A stretch of 64,000 nt of DNA from NCBI GenBank assembly GCA_963920595.1, contig OY986946.1, positions 7,068,001 through 7,132,000 on the forward strand, read 5' to 3'. Positions within the stretch are counted from its first letter, which is position 1; every line of letters starts with the position of its first letter. A model generated the notes under the pieces. That model did no database searches. It had not been told where the DNA came from and worked only from the letters and a program-made list of their open reading frames with translations. Shown here one piece after another: positions 22,602-37,985 of this stretch. The translations under genes and the position numbers were made by a program. The DNA is from Eimeria praecox. Lineage: Eukaryota.

Positions 22602-22821
22602 AAAGAAGCAGCAGCAGCTACGATATGCCCGCCGTCGCGCCTTTTCCAACCCTATAAGCCTTGCTGCAGCACTTGCTGCTGCTGCTGCTACTGCTGCTGC
22701 TGCTTCTGCTACTACTTTCGCTGTTTTCTGTTGCTGCTACCGTTGTTGCTGTTGCTGCCGCTGCTGCTGCTGCTGCCGCTGCTGCTGCGCCAACCGGGCC
22801 TGTCTCTCCCTAAGCCTCTCA

Positions 22822-22869
<48 letters not shown>

Positions 22870-22962
22870 CTCCGAGGCCCACAGACAGAGAAAACAAACA
22901 AACAACTCATTACGCTACACAAAACCCTCTTGCTGCTTCCTGCACAAGCAGCAGCAGCAGCA

Positions 22963-23008
<46 letters not shown>

Positions 23009-23377
23009 GAGGGCCTTGAAGCCTGGAGAAGCGATAAGGAAGACATTTAGATGAAATGGAGACAGGAGACTCTGTCTCTCTTCTTTCTCTTTCTCTGTCT
23101 CTCTTCTGTCTCTGTCTCTCTTCTGTCTCTGTCTCTCTTCTGTCTCTGTCTCTCTTCTGTCTCTCCTCTGCCTCTGTCTCTCTTCTGTCTCTGTCTCTTT
23201 CTCTGTCTCTCTGTCTCTCTTTCTCCGTCTCTCTCTTCCTCTGTCTCTCTCTCTCTCTTTCTGTCTCCTTTTATTTTAATCTCTTCTTCTTTTCTAATCT
23301 AAATAATATTTTTTATCATTTTCTTCTTCTCCTCAACACCCCACATATTCGTTCCTCATGGATTCAATTTGGGTATC

Positions 23378-23423
<46 letters not shown>

Positions 23424-23453
23424 TTGCTGCTGCTGCTGTTGCTGCTGCAGCAA

Positions 23454-23553
23454 TTACTGCGGCGGCCTCCAGGGAGTAGGGATTGCTGCAGGGCTTCCTC
23501 CATAGACAGGCAAAGGCATATGACCTCTAGGGGGGCCCCCATAGGGGCCCCCT

Positions 23554-23586
<33 letters not shown>

Positions 23587-23797
23587 TTCGGAGGAACAGC
23601 AGCAGGAGGCCATCCTGGTGTATATGCTGGGGGGCCCCCACCGCCAGCAGCAGCAGCAGCAGGAGGAGGCCCGTGCTGCTGTCCTTGATAGCCGTAAGGA
23701 GAAGCAGCATACGAGGGGCCCCCATGCTGTACTGGACATACACCGTACGGGCCGTACGAGGGGGGGCCCCCTAAAACAGGCTGTATATACACCAGAA

Positions 23798-23857
<60 letters not shown>

Positions 23858-25275
23858 TACTAGAATACAGTTAAATATATTTATTGTAATATATATTATT
23901 CTAGCATACAACAGATGAAGAAGCTACAGCAGCAACAACTGCAGCAGCAGCAGCAGCAGGAAAAGAGACAAACGTTGACACAGTAGAAAGAAGAAGAGAT
24001 AGAAGATGTTTTAAAAAAGACAGAAGAAGAAGAGACAGAAGATAACGAAGGAGAGAGAAGAAGAGACAGAAGATAACGAAGGAGACAGAAGAGGAGACAG
24101 AAGATAACGAAGGAGACAGAAGAAGAAGAGACAGTTAAGAGAGGAGACAGAAGAAGAGACAGAAGACAACAAAGGAGACAGAGGAAGAGACAGAAGGTAG
24201 CGAAGGAGACAGAAGAAGAGACAGAAGATAACGAAGGAGACAGAAGAAGAAGAGACAGAAGATAACAAAGGAGACAGAAGAAGAGACAGTTAAAACAAGA
24301 GAGACAGATAAAGAGACAGTTTAAACAAAAGAGAGAGAAGAAGAGACAGAAGATAACGAAGGAGACAGAAGAAGAAGAGACAGAAGATAACAAAGGAGAC
24401 AGAAGAAGAGACAATTGAAGCAGGGAGTAGAAAGAGACAGCACAATACAAACTGGCAGTCTCCAAGAACAGAAACAAAACCAAAATAAATAAAACTAAAA
24501 CAAACAACAACATAAACCCCAAACCCTAAACCCTAAACCCTAAACCCTAACACAAGAATAGAATAAAATAAAATAAAAATAAAATAAAACAATAAATAAC
24601 TAACTGGAGAAGAGTAAGGAGACACATAACGTAGGGACGGTTGTGAGTAGGCAGATCTGTAAGGACCATAGCTAAGACCTTCCTGAGGGCGAGAGACCCC
24701 CCCTCGCCGAGATGCAGGCTCTCGATTGCTGCACAAACCCTAAACCCTAAACCCTAAACCCTAAACCCTAGACCCTAAACCCTAGACCCTAAACCCTAAA
24801 CCCTAGACCCTAAAACCTAGACCCTAAAACCTAAAACCTAAACCCTAGGCCTTAAACCCTAGACCCTAAAACCTAAACCCTAAACAATAAACCCTAGATT
24901 ATAAACCCTAGAAAATATCTTACATCAACACAAACAAGTCATCATAGACCCTAAGCTCTAAACTATTTTGAGGAGAGCAAAACCTCTAGCAAGTGGTGTC
25001 GCCTAGGGTTTAGGGTTTAGGGTTTACAAGGTGCTAGAAGCATTCTGATCGAAGCCTATCTATAGAGTGTCTCCCATACAACTAGGGTTTAGGGTTTAGG
25101 GTTTAGGGTTTAGGGTTTACAAGGTGCGAGAAGCATTCTGAGCGAAACAGATCTGTAGAGTAACTCCGTTGAAGTTGTGGCCGTTGAGGGCTTCAAGGGC
25201 CTTTGCCGCATCTCTCACATCATGATATTCTACAAACTTCTCCCTGTACATATAATTAATTAATTAATTAATTAT

Positions 25276-25327
<52 letters not shown>

Positions 25328-26848
25328 GTTAGTTAGTTAATTAGTTTAATTAGTTAGTTAACGAAATAATTATTTAATTAGTTAACAAACTTTTCCCAGT
25401 ATATAAATATAAATAAATATAATTAATTAATTAATTAATTAATTAATTATTTATTTAATTAATTATTTATATTAGTTATTAAGTTAGTTAGTTTAATTAT
25501 TTAGTTAACTAATTAATTATTTAATTAATTAATTATTTAATTAAATAAATAAATATATTTAAATTTAAATTAATTAAAAACAAATATATAAATTAATTTA
25601 TAAATATAAATAAAACAAAAATAATTAATTAAAACAAATAAATAACTTAACTCATCATCATCATACAAACTTCTTTCTATCAAATAAGAAAGATAGACGA
25701 ATATATAAATCAAATACTATTTATTTATTTGTTTATTTATTTAATTTATTTATATAAATAAATAATATATATATTTATGATATAATAAACAAATAAATCA
25801 ATAAAATTAAATACAAACATATTATTAAAGTCTTACAAGACACAGAGCAGATAAATTAATAAAATAAAAAATAATTTCTGAATAAAAATAAAATAAATAA
25901 AATAAATAAAATAAATAAAATGAATAAAATAAATAAAATAAATAAAATAAATAAAATAAATGAAATAAATAAAATAAATAAAATAAATAAAATGAATAAA
26001 ATAAATAAAATAAATAAAATAAATAAAATAAATAAAATAAAACAAACAAAATAAATAAAATAAAATAAATCAATTAAACGTCAATACCTACAAGTAAAAA
26101 CTCGCAAAAAATTTTGAAAAAACGAGAAAAAAAGCCATCTAGGGTTTAGGGTTTAGGGTTTAGAGTGGTTTAGGGTTTAGGGTGGTTTAGGGTTTAGGGT
26201 TTAGGGTTTACGAGTCTCTCTTTCTATTAACAGAAACCTTCTTAATATCCCCATAAGAGGAGAAGAGCCGACGATATGCATCTAAGCTGTTGGGATCGCT
26301 GAGAGTAGTTGAAGAAGACATACCATTGGTAGGACGAATATACAAAGTGCCCTGAAACCACAAACCCTAAACCCTAAACCCTAAACCCTAGATAACCCTA
26401 CAAAACCCTAGATAACCCTACAAAACCCTAGAAAACACTACAAAATCATTTAAAACCCTACAAAACCCTTTAACCCTAAACCCTAAACCCTAGAAAACCC
26501 TACAAAATCCTAGAAAACCCTGAAAAACCAAAACCCTAGAAAACCCTAAACCCTAACCTCTAAACCCTAGAAAACCCTAAACCCTAAACCCTAGAAAATC
26601 CTAAAGCCTTCATCATCAAGAAGGCCACACTACACTAACCCTAAACCTCAGCTTCAGAGACAACAAACAACAAACCCCCAAGTCTATATCTCATAGATAA
26701 ACCCTAAACCCTAAACCCTAAACCCTAAGCAGCCGCCTCAATGCCCTCAAGTCCTCTGCTGCAGCGTTTTGATGCTGCGTCGCCTCAGGGTTTGTAGACA
26801 GGGGTTCGATGGTGAAGAGGGTTTAGGGTTTAGGGTTTGTGCTTTGTG

Positions 26849-26939
<91 letters not shown>

Positions 26940-27956
26940 CCAGAGCTTGTGTGTGTTGAATGTCTCCTAAACGTGTATCCTAGGGTTTAGGGTTTAGGGT
27001 TTAGGGTTTAGGGTTTGTCTACTCACCATATTGCTGTCTTTATCGGGCCTCTTCATAGAGCTGTACTGCACCTCTGCTCTCTTTCCTGCTATGTCTGTAG
27101 CCCTTAACGATTCTCTAGCGGCTTCAGCATGGCGTATATCAAACTGTAAACCCCAAACCACAAACTAGGGTTTAGGGTTTAGGGTTTAGGGTTTATATTA
27201 GGGTTTAGGGTTTATATTAGGGTTTAGAAAAATATAATAAAAATACGAAAAAAATAAATTTAAACCCCCAAAATACGCAACACAAATCCCTCTCTCCCTC
27301 TAACAAAACCCTAAACCCTAAACCCTAAACCCTAATAAACCCTAACAAACCCTAATAAACCCTAGATTCTTACGAATTCAACAAAAGCCATATGTTTTTC
27401 TGGATAGGTTGTAATTTTTCTGATATCCCCAAATTGCTCGCAAACATTCCTCAAAACTTCCTCCGTCGCCTCCGAAGACAAACGCCCAAAGAAGAGACAT
27501 CGGCTTTGAAGGGCATCAGGCTCTGTCTCTGGTACACCTCAAACACATTACCTAGGGTTTAGGGTTTAGGGTTTAGGGTTTGGGGTTTTCGGAGGGTTTA
27601 GGGGTGACGTGGGATGTTAAAATAGTGTTGTATATATATATATATATAAAGCAACTCATAAGCATACTCCTACGATAAACCCTAAACCCTAAACCCTAAA
27701 CCCTAAACCCTAAATTGTAGGATGATATCTGTGTAGGGTTTTCCTGAAGTGTACCTGGATCGACGGCCCCAGGGCTGGTGCGTGCTGCTGGTGGTCCCCA
27801 AGGGCCCCACTGGTAGTCTGCTGCTGCTGCTGCTTGTGCTGCTGCTGCTTGTGCTGCTGCTGCTGTTGCTGCTGCTGCAGCTTGATGTGGTGCGTAGTGA
27901 TAGCCCCCATATGCTGTGTAAGGTCCTACAGCAGGGGCGTAGGCGGGGTCTGTCAT
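23454..27956 (-). CDS. Tandem RRM RNA-binding protein resembling Mei2-like RRM1/RRM2, with Y/G/P-rich low-complexity termini; about 7 exons
   Basis: SRCLFFGRLSSEATEEVLRNVCEQFGDIRKI..MAFVEF|FDIRHAEAARESL..EVQYS..DSNM|GTLYI..FSSYGDIKKV..|EKFVEYHDVRDAAKALEALNG; GT-AG boundaries. Confidence 0.85.
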
Positions 27957-28019
27957 TGAGATGAAGTAGTAGTTGTAGTAGTAGTAGTTGTAGTAGTAGT
28001 AGTAGTAGTTGTTGTTGTT

Positions 28020-28065
<46 letters not shown>

Positions 28066-28179
28066 AAGAAGAAGGAGAAGAAGGAGAAGAAGGAGAAGAG
28101 GGAGGAGAGAAGAACAGATATGCAGAAATGGTTTTAAATGATATAGAAACAATCTTGATGCGGCTGTTATTGCTGTTGT

Positions 28180-28223
<44 letters not shown>

Positions 28224-28410
28224 TCCTGCTGCTGCTGCTGCTGCCGTCCCCGGGTGTATAGACAGCTTCAGGGCGAACTCAAACAAATCTAAATATAACA
28301 GCAACTTAAACCCTCTCTGTATATTTTAAATAAAAATAATTTGAAGCAGCAACAGCAGCAGCAGCAAGAACAAGAGCAGCAACAGCCAGCAGCAACCGCA
28401 GCAGCAGCAA

Positions 28411-28450
<40 letters not shown>

Positions 28451-28631
28451 AACAGCAACACCAACAACGTAGAAAATCAAACCCGTGCTGCTTTTATTTG
28501 CTGTTTATTTTATTAATAATTTAATTTATATATTTAAATATATTCTACTCTCTCAGTATATATTTCTAATGTATGCAATTATACGACAGAGGCCGCACCT
28601 CCTACAGCCAAAGCCCTCCACGATGCATGTA

Positions 28632-28693
<62 letters not shown>

Positions 28694-28707
28694 TTGCGGC
28701 AGCGGCC

Positions 28708-28739
<32 letters not shown>

Positions 28740-29534
28740 TGTTGTTGTTGAATGGTTCAATAAAATTATGTCTTTTTGTTTTTATTAAAGACAGGATGGT
28801 AGATTTAGAAATAGATTTAGTTAGGGTTTAGGGTTTAGGGTTTAGGGTTTAGGGTTTAGGGTTTATTATACTAGACAGGGGAGGGAGGAGGCCCAGGTGT
28901 TCTGCTGCTGCGCTGCTGTCAACCCTAGCAGCAGGCTGCACAGACCCCATCGAGTCCGCTCCCGTTGCTGCTGCTGCTGCTGCTGCTGCTGCAGCTGCTG
29001 CTGCTGTTAATGTAGCTATTGCTGCTGCTGTTGTTGCTGCTGCTGCTGTTGCTGCTGCAGCGGTTTATCTTTAGTGGCAGAGTAGACAGAAAGCAGCAAA
29101 ATAATTGGGGGTCTTCGTCTTGATGCAAGATCAAGGTATGCTACCTAAACCCTAAACCCTAAACCCTAAACCCTAAACCCTAAACCCTAAATGTTGGATC
29201 CTCCCAGGTCTTTAAGCCTCAGCATTTACCCTATCATCTAGGGTTTAGGGTTTAGGGTTTAGGGTTTTTGTTGTCGGGGTTCATCGTTGTTGATGCCTCC
29301 CTCCTCTGCGCGTCTTGCATGCAGCGCGTGGGTGGGGTTAGTTAGGGTTTAGGGTTTAGGGTTTAGGGTTTAGGGTTTAGGGTTTGTGTCTGACATTGTG
29401 TAGGACGGGTTGTTGACGCTTGGCTCGATTTGCCGCAGGGAGCGGCGTGTGTCTTCCCTCCTCTGGGGTTTAGGGTTTAGGGTTTTTGTAGTTTAGGGTT
29501 TAGGGTTTAGGGTTTAGGGTTTAGGGTTTTGAAG

Positions 29535-29621
29535 ATGCATGCTCCTCCAGCAGGACGGGGGAGGCACATGGTGCTTCCTGCGTGGATGACGCGGGGCCCG
29601 CAGGGAGCAGCAGCAGCAGCC

Positions 29622-29656
<35 letters not shown>

Positions 29657-31541
29657 AGCAGCCGCAGCAGGGGGTATAAATGCTGCTGCTGCTGCTGCCT
29701 CTCCTCGTCCCGTTGCTGCTGCTCCTGTGGCAGCTACAGCAACACCATCACCACCACCAACAACAACACCACCAGCAGCAGCAGCAACAACAACAGCAAC
29801 AACACCAACAACAACAACAACAGCAGCAGCAGCAGCAGCAGCTAGTCCTGCTGCTGCTGCTGCTGCAGGGGGGGGATCTCTCTCAATTAACGGAGCAGCA
29901 GCAAACCCAGGAAGCTCGTTAGGACGATGGATGGTGGGGAGGACGTTAGAGAGAAGAGACAGAGAAGGAGACAGAGACAGAGACAGAGAGAGAGACAGAG
30001 ATAGAGACAGAGAGAGAGATAGGGAGAGAGATAGAGAGAGAGATAGAGACAGAGAGAGAGATAGGGACAGAGATAGAGACAGGGATAGAGACAGAAGAAG
30101 GAGCAGGTCTCCGAGGGTTAATGGAAGAGGAGACAGAGATAGAGATAGAGACAGAGACAGAGAGAGAGATAGAGACAGGGAGAGAGACAGGGAGAGAGAC
30201 AGAGATAGAGAGAGAGATAGAGACAGAGGAAGAGACAGAGACAGAAGCAGCAGCATCTCAAAGCCACAAGAAGAAGGACTAAGTGCAAGTATGCTTTCAG
30301 ACAGGTAAGTATATAAAACCTATATTCTAGGGTTTAGGGTTTAGGGTTTGGGATTTGGTTGGTTGGTGAGGTGGTTAGATAAGAAGGCAGAGGGTTCTGC
30401 TGCTTGCTCACATGCCGCTATTTGCCTTGGTGAAATAGCTTAGAGGGTTTAGGGTTTAGGGTTTAGGGTTTAGGGTTTAGGGTTTAGGGTTTGTGGCTTC
30501 AGGTTGGTGGAGGCGCGGCAGATGTCTTCGAGAAAGCGAGAGGAAAACAAGAATGTTTTCTTGAGCTGGCTATGCTCAAAGGTGCGCCTAGGGTTTAGGG
30601 TTTAGGGTTTAAGCTAGGGTTTAGGGTTTAGGGTTTAAGCTAGGGTTTAGGGTTTAGGGTTTAAGCTAGGGTTTAGGGTTTAGGGTTTAAGCTAGGGTTT
30701 AGGGTTTAGGGTTTAAGCTAGGGTTTAGGGTTTAGGGTTTGAGCTAGGGTTTAGGGTTTAGGGTTTGAGCTAGGGTTTAGAGTTTAGGGTTTGAGCTAGG
30801 GTTTAGGGTTTTGCTGTCTCTGCAGGACTTCTACTCCGAAGATCGCCAGGGCAGCCCTGCAAATAGGGAGGAATTTGTTAACAAGTGCGCGAGGGTTTAG
30901 GGTTTAGGGTTTAGGGTTTAGGGTTTAGACAGCAAGCAGCGGCCCGTAGCCAGCCAGTGGCGGATGGGTTTAACCAGTTGGGGCCCTTTAGGGTTTAGGG
31001 TTTAGGGTTTGGGGTTTAGGGTTTGGGGTTTGCTGCAGCTTGATCGACAGCCATCATTCCGTTCGCATAACTAAACGCCTCATAGCGGAGGAGAACAAGG
31101 TGAGAGCAAAACCCTAAACCCTAAACCCTAAACCCTAATTCGTTGTATTTAAGTTATAAACATGTATTGTCAGGTTCGAAGGATTTGCTTCATTAGTTAG
31201 GGTTTAGGGTTTAGGGTTTCTTGAGTCCGCCAAGGGGTTTGTCGAGTGTTTAGGGTTTAGGGTTTGGATTTTCACGTGGCATTTAGGGTTTAGGGTCTAG
31301 GGTTTATGTAGGGTTTAGGGTTTATGTAGGGTTTAGGGTTTATCTAGGGTTTAGGGTTTATTTAGGGTTTAGGGTTTATGTAGGGTTTAGGGTTTATTGT
31401 TTGTGTATTCAGGACCACTCTTTCTGTTTAGATTTTGAAGAAGTAGAAGGAGGGAAGAATCAAATAAGTTTGTTTGAATGTAGAGGCGGAAAGCTAACTC
31501 GAGTGTATGCATTCAGGGGTAAGCGGGGCTGTTGCTGCTGC

Positions 31542-31594
<53 letters not shown>

Positions 31595-31933
31595 TTGCTG
31601 TTGGTACAGTGGCTGTGTTTCTGTTGCTGCTGTGGGGTGTATAGACAGTGAGGACTTGACGAGGGAGAAGCTTTCATTTGAGGAGCTTAAGAAGACTCGA
31701 ATATATCAACGGGCGTTCAAATACTTCACGAAGAAAGGTAAGGGAAAAACCCTAGGGTTTAGGGTTTAGGGTTTGCAGGGTAGGGTTTAGGGTTTAGGGT
31801 TTGCAAGGTAGGGTTTAGGGTTTAGGGTTTTATTAGGGTTTTGTGCATGCGATGGTTTGCTTCAGGGGTGCCAGAAGACGCTAAGTTGGTTTATCACGAT
31901 TACTTAAACGATCCCGAGGTCCGCGTTGGCTAA
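29535..31933 (+). CDS. Hypothetical protein with an Arg/Asp(Glu) dipeptide region and a globular C-terminal domain; about 7 exons
   Basis: Exon 1 has (RD/RE)n plus RSRSP. Short exons splice in frame (NVFLSWLCSK|DFYSEDRQ..|LIDSHHSVRITKRLIAEENK|DHSFCLDF..|..|GVPEDAKLVYHDYLNDPEVRVG*). Confidence 0.7.
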
Positions 31934-32288
31934 ACCCTAAACCCTAAACCCTAGTAAAAACCCTACCTAATAAACCCTAGTAAACCCTAATAAACCCTAG
32001 CTCTTCTGCCGACAGGGCAGTAGTACCCTGTTTCGGCTTAAGAGACAACATCACAGCGGGACGGGGGGCCCCTAGGGCGGGGGTTCCCCCGTGGGGGGCC
32101 CCCAAATTGGGGGGCCCCCCCCCGGGGGCCCCTCCTTGCCAAAGGGGTGCTGCAGCGTCTACAGCCCCCAGGCTGTTGTCGCCTTTGGCTGCGGACTGAG
32201 GAGAAGTTCAACTTATCTTGGGTTTTGTTTGTAAGAGAAATACTTCTGCTTGTTGCTGTATTGACGAAGAACTGTTTGCTGCTAACGT

Positions 32289-32328
<40 letters not shown>

Positions 32329-32417
32329 CCTGATGCTGCTGCTGCTGCTGCCTGTGCTAGGGGGGGTTGAGTTGAACATAGTAGGGAGAGGCAGAGGGAG
32401 GGTTAATGCTGCTGATG

Positions 32418-33183
32418 TTAAGTAGCGGCTGAGCTACGACGTTGCATGCTAGCTGCTGCTCGCCGTGTAGCTGCGGTGTCTGTGGATACACCCCAGAGGT
32501 GGCTGTCCTGTTGCGATGCGTATACACCTTCGGGGGGGGCCCCCAGGGGCCCCTCTACGGGGGTTGGGGGCCCCTGGAATAGCAGGGGGTTGTCTTCATC
32601 CTTGGCGAATGTGAGAAGGTAGCCGCAGCAGCAGCAGCAGCAGCATGCGAGGACAGCAGCAGCAGCAGCCAGCAGCAGCAGCGTAAGCAGCAACAATGCA
32701 ATGTAAGGATGTTCAATGATGAATAGACGTAGGCCTTGAGGCTTTGGCTGGAAGATAAGAGAGGCATTTAAGAGGGGTAGTGGGGGGTGTATATACACCC
32801 GAGCAAACTTAAGCTGTGATACAAGAGGATAGCTGAGGCTGTCAACCATTAGAACATTTCTTGTTCTGCTGCTGTCTCCTAGAAAAGAAGATAGATATAC
32901 ACCTAAAGAGCAGCAGCAAACTCCTTCATTAATTAAAGGACGACTACTTCTTGCCAGCAAACGTCCTTTAGACCCAAACAGCAGCAGAGACACCATCGTT
33001 ATTGGGGGGGGATCCCATCCCCTGCTGCTGCTGTTGCTGCTGTTGCTGTTGCTGCTGCTGCTGCTGCGGCTGCAGCAGCAAGGGGGGAAGGATACAGATA
33101 ACACCAAGTCAGACGCAAACGAAGGCACCTTCGCCTCCTGTGACAACTCTGGCATCGTCAGCGAAACAAACTGCTGCTGCTCT

Positions 33184-33214
<31 letters not shown>

Positions 33215-34553
33215 GTCCATAGAACCAGTGAGAGATGGGGGGCAGAGGCGCAGCAAACAAATCTCCGTCTTCAGGCAACATCTCCCAAGTTCTGTTACTG
33301 AAGGGGACTGTAGCAACAGCGAGAGGTTCCTCGAACGCCCTCCAGCCCCCTGAATCAGAGGGCATCCAGGGGCCCCCTCCCCCAGGGGGGCCCCCCCAAG
33401 GGCCCCCCCCCCAGGGGGCCCCCCCGAAAGACGGGGCCCCTGCATGCACGGGGCCCCCATAAGCAGCAAACGAAGCTGATGCAGGTGGAGTTGTGTGTGA
33501 GGAAACTGCGGGTGAGCCTCCAGTCCCCTCCCTTCCTTCTTCAACACCCTCAACTGTTTGGGGGGCCCCCATGGGGGGGGGGGCCCCCTCCAGGGCCCCC
33601 CCCCCGCCATGAAGGCCCCCAAGGTTGTCTGAGGGGGGCTGATAGAGAGAAGATATGGCTGCAGATACGCTCGGAGAGTAGTCGAAGTGAACGGGGAAAT
33701 CGTGAAGAGGGGGAGGAGAAGAAAACTTAAACAAGACGTAGTAGCTGCTAGCAGCAGCAACAGCAAAGCAGCAGGATATACACCCTAACAGCAGCATGGA
33801 AGTAAAGAAGATTATACAAAGCCATTTCGAAACAGATAATAAAGAACTCACACCAAAGCTGCATGCATCTGCAGCACCTTCAACCCCTTGCTGCAGCAGC
33901 TGCTGCAGCTGCTGCAGTAGCTGCTGCAGCATGAACACGCTGTCACCGATAGCCCGAGGCCATACACCACGCCGTCTTCTCCCCTCTCCTGTTTGCTGCT
34001 GTCTCATATCTATCGGAGTAGAAGCAGCAGAGCTGAAGTCATTAACTCCCCCCTGATTGTATGCTTCTGCTGGGCCCCCCCGGAAACCCCATCTCTCTCT
34101 GGGGGCCCCTGGAGGGGCCCCCCTTGGGGACCTTTGAGGGCCTCGCGCAGGGGAAGGACTCGAGAAGGGGTCTTCGAGGGATGAGGAGGAAGCCTCAGAA
34201 GAGCTGGGGCTTCCAGGGCAGGGGGCCCCCCCTAAGGGGGCCCCCAGCGGCACCTTCCGTTCATCGTGCATGCGTGAGACATTTTTAGGGGGAGAATTAG
34301 TTGATGGCTTCTCCTCAATAGGGGATTTAAAGAGAGAACTGTCTTTCTCTGGGCTCTCCTTCTTAACTGAAACGGGCGGCGGCGCCTCCCCTAGGGTACA
34401 GAGGGGGCCCCCAGCAACAGACGAGGAAGAGGGGGCTCTGCTGCTAGTGGGGGGCCCCCGGCGCCGGAGGCCCTCGCCTACAGAGGCGAAGTATTGAGAA
34501 GAGCGACTGCTGCAGCTGGGGGAGTCGTGTGGGCTATCCGTATCCGACGTCAT
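32418..34553 (-). CDS. Seipin (BSCL2 family), single exon, 711 aa
   Basis: Two TM segments flank a luminal domain with FPVHFDY, ITMVSLLL..LLARSSRP and ASLIFQPKPQGLRLFIIEHP just before TM2, matching seipin architecture. Confidence 0.8.
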
Positions 34554-35382
34554 CCTCGGGGTCTACAGGAAGTGCTGATCCGCTTGTAACCTCAGCTACG
34601 CTCAGCCCAACACTGCAACCGCAGCTCAGGTGTATAGACACCCCAACAAACCTGCAGTTTCTTCCTTTCAAACGTTTTCAACTTTCGCCTTCAAGCCGCA
34701 TGCGCAGACAGACACGGCAGGCAGCGGCCGACGGACAGTGAACATCGCCGGCAGAAGGAGAATATGATACAAATATAATCACTTAACTGCAAAATAAAAC
34801 ATTGCAAACATTTAAACAACCAAAAAGAAGCAGAAAAGTACAAACAGAAGCAGTGTTCAACTCTGAAATACCTGGTCTTGCTGGGCTTGGGGCCCTCAGG
34901 GTAGGGCTTCGAGTCGGCCGTGAAGGCAATGCAAATGTAGAAGAAAATTGCAACATTTATTTTCTTTTCTTCTTTTTTAATCGTTAAATGATATGCTTTC
35001 CGTACTATCTGCAGATACAGCTCACGAATCTGTTGTTTCTCGCCTATGCTGCTTCGCCGCCTTTGCTGTTCAATGTGGGGTTGCACGACGGGTTTATTGA
35101 TCGTCTCTTTCTTCGGAATCTTCTAAAAACATAAATTAAATTCGAACGTCTGAAGATATTTCGAAGAAAAACGTAAAAAATCAGCAACAGCCGGCCTGTT
35201 TCCTGTGCCTGCCGTTGCAGAGGCTGCGCGTGTTGAGGAAGGAGGGCTGAAAGAGGGTTTTCTTGCATTAAATTTGTTGATTTGTCCTTTTAAAACATTT
35301 ATATTTGTGTATCTGGGGATTATTATTAAGGGAATTTGACTCTAAGACTCCGAATAGGCCTTCATAATACTACATATGCAAG

Positions 35383-37985
<2,603 letters not shown>

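Noticed and set aside
22161..23505. Plus-strand ORFs downstream of the RRM gene
   Set aside because: Low complexity, no recognisable domain and no coherent splice model.
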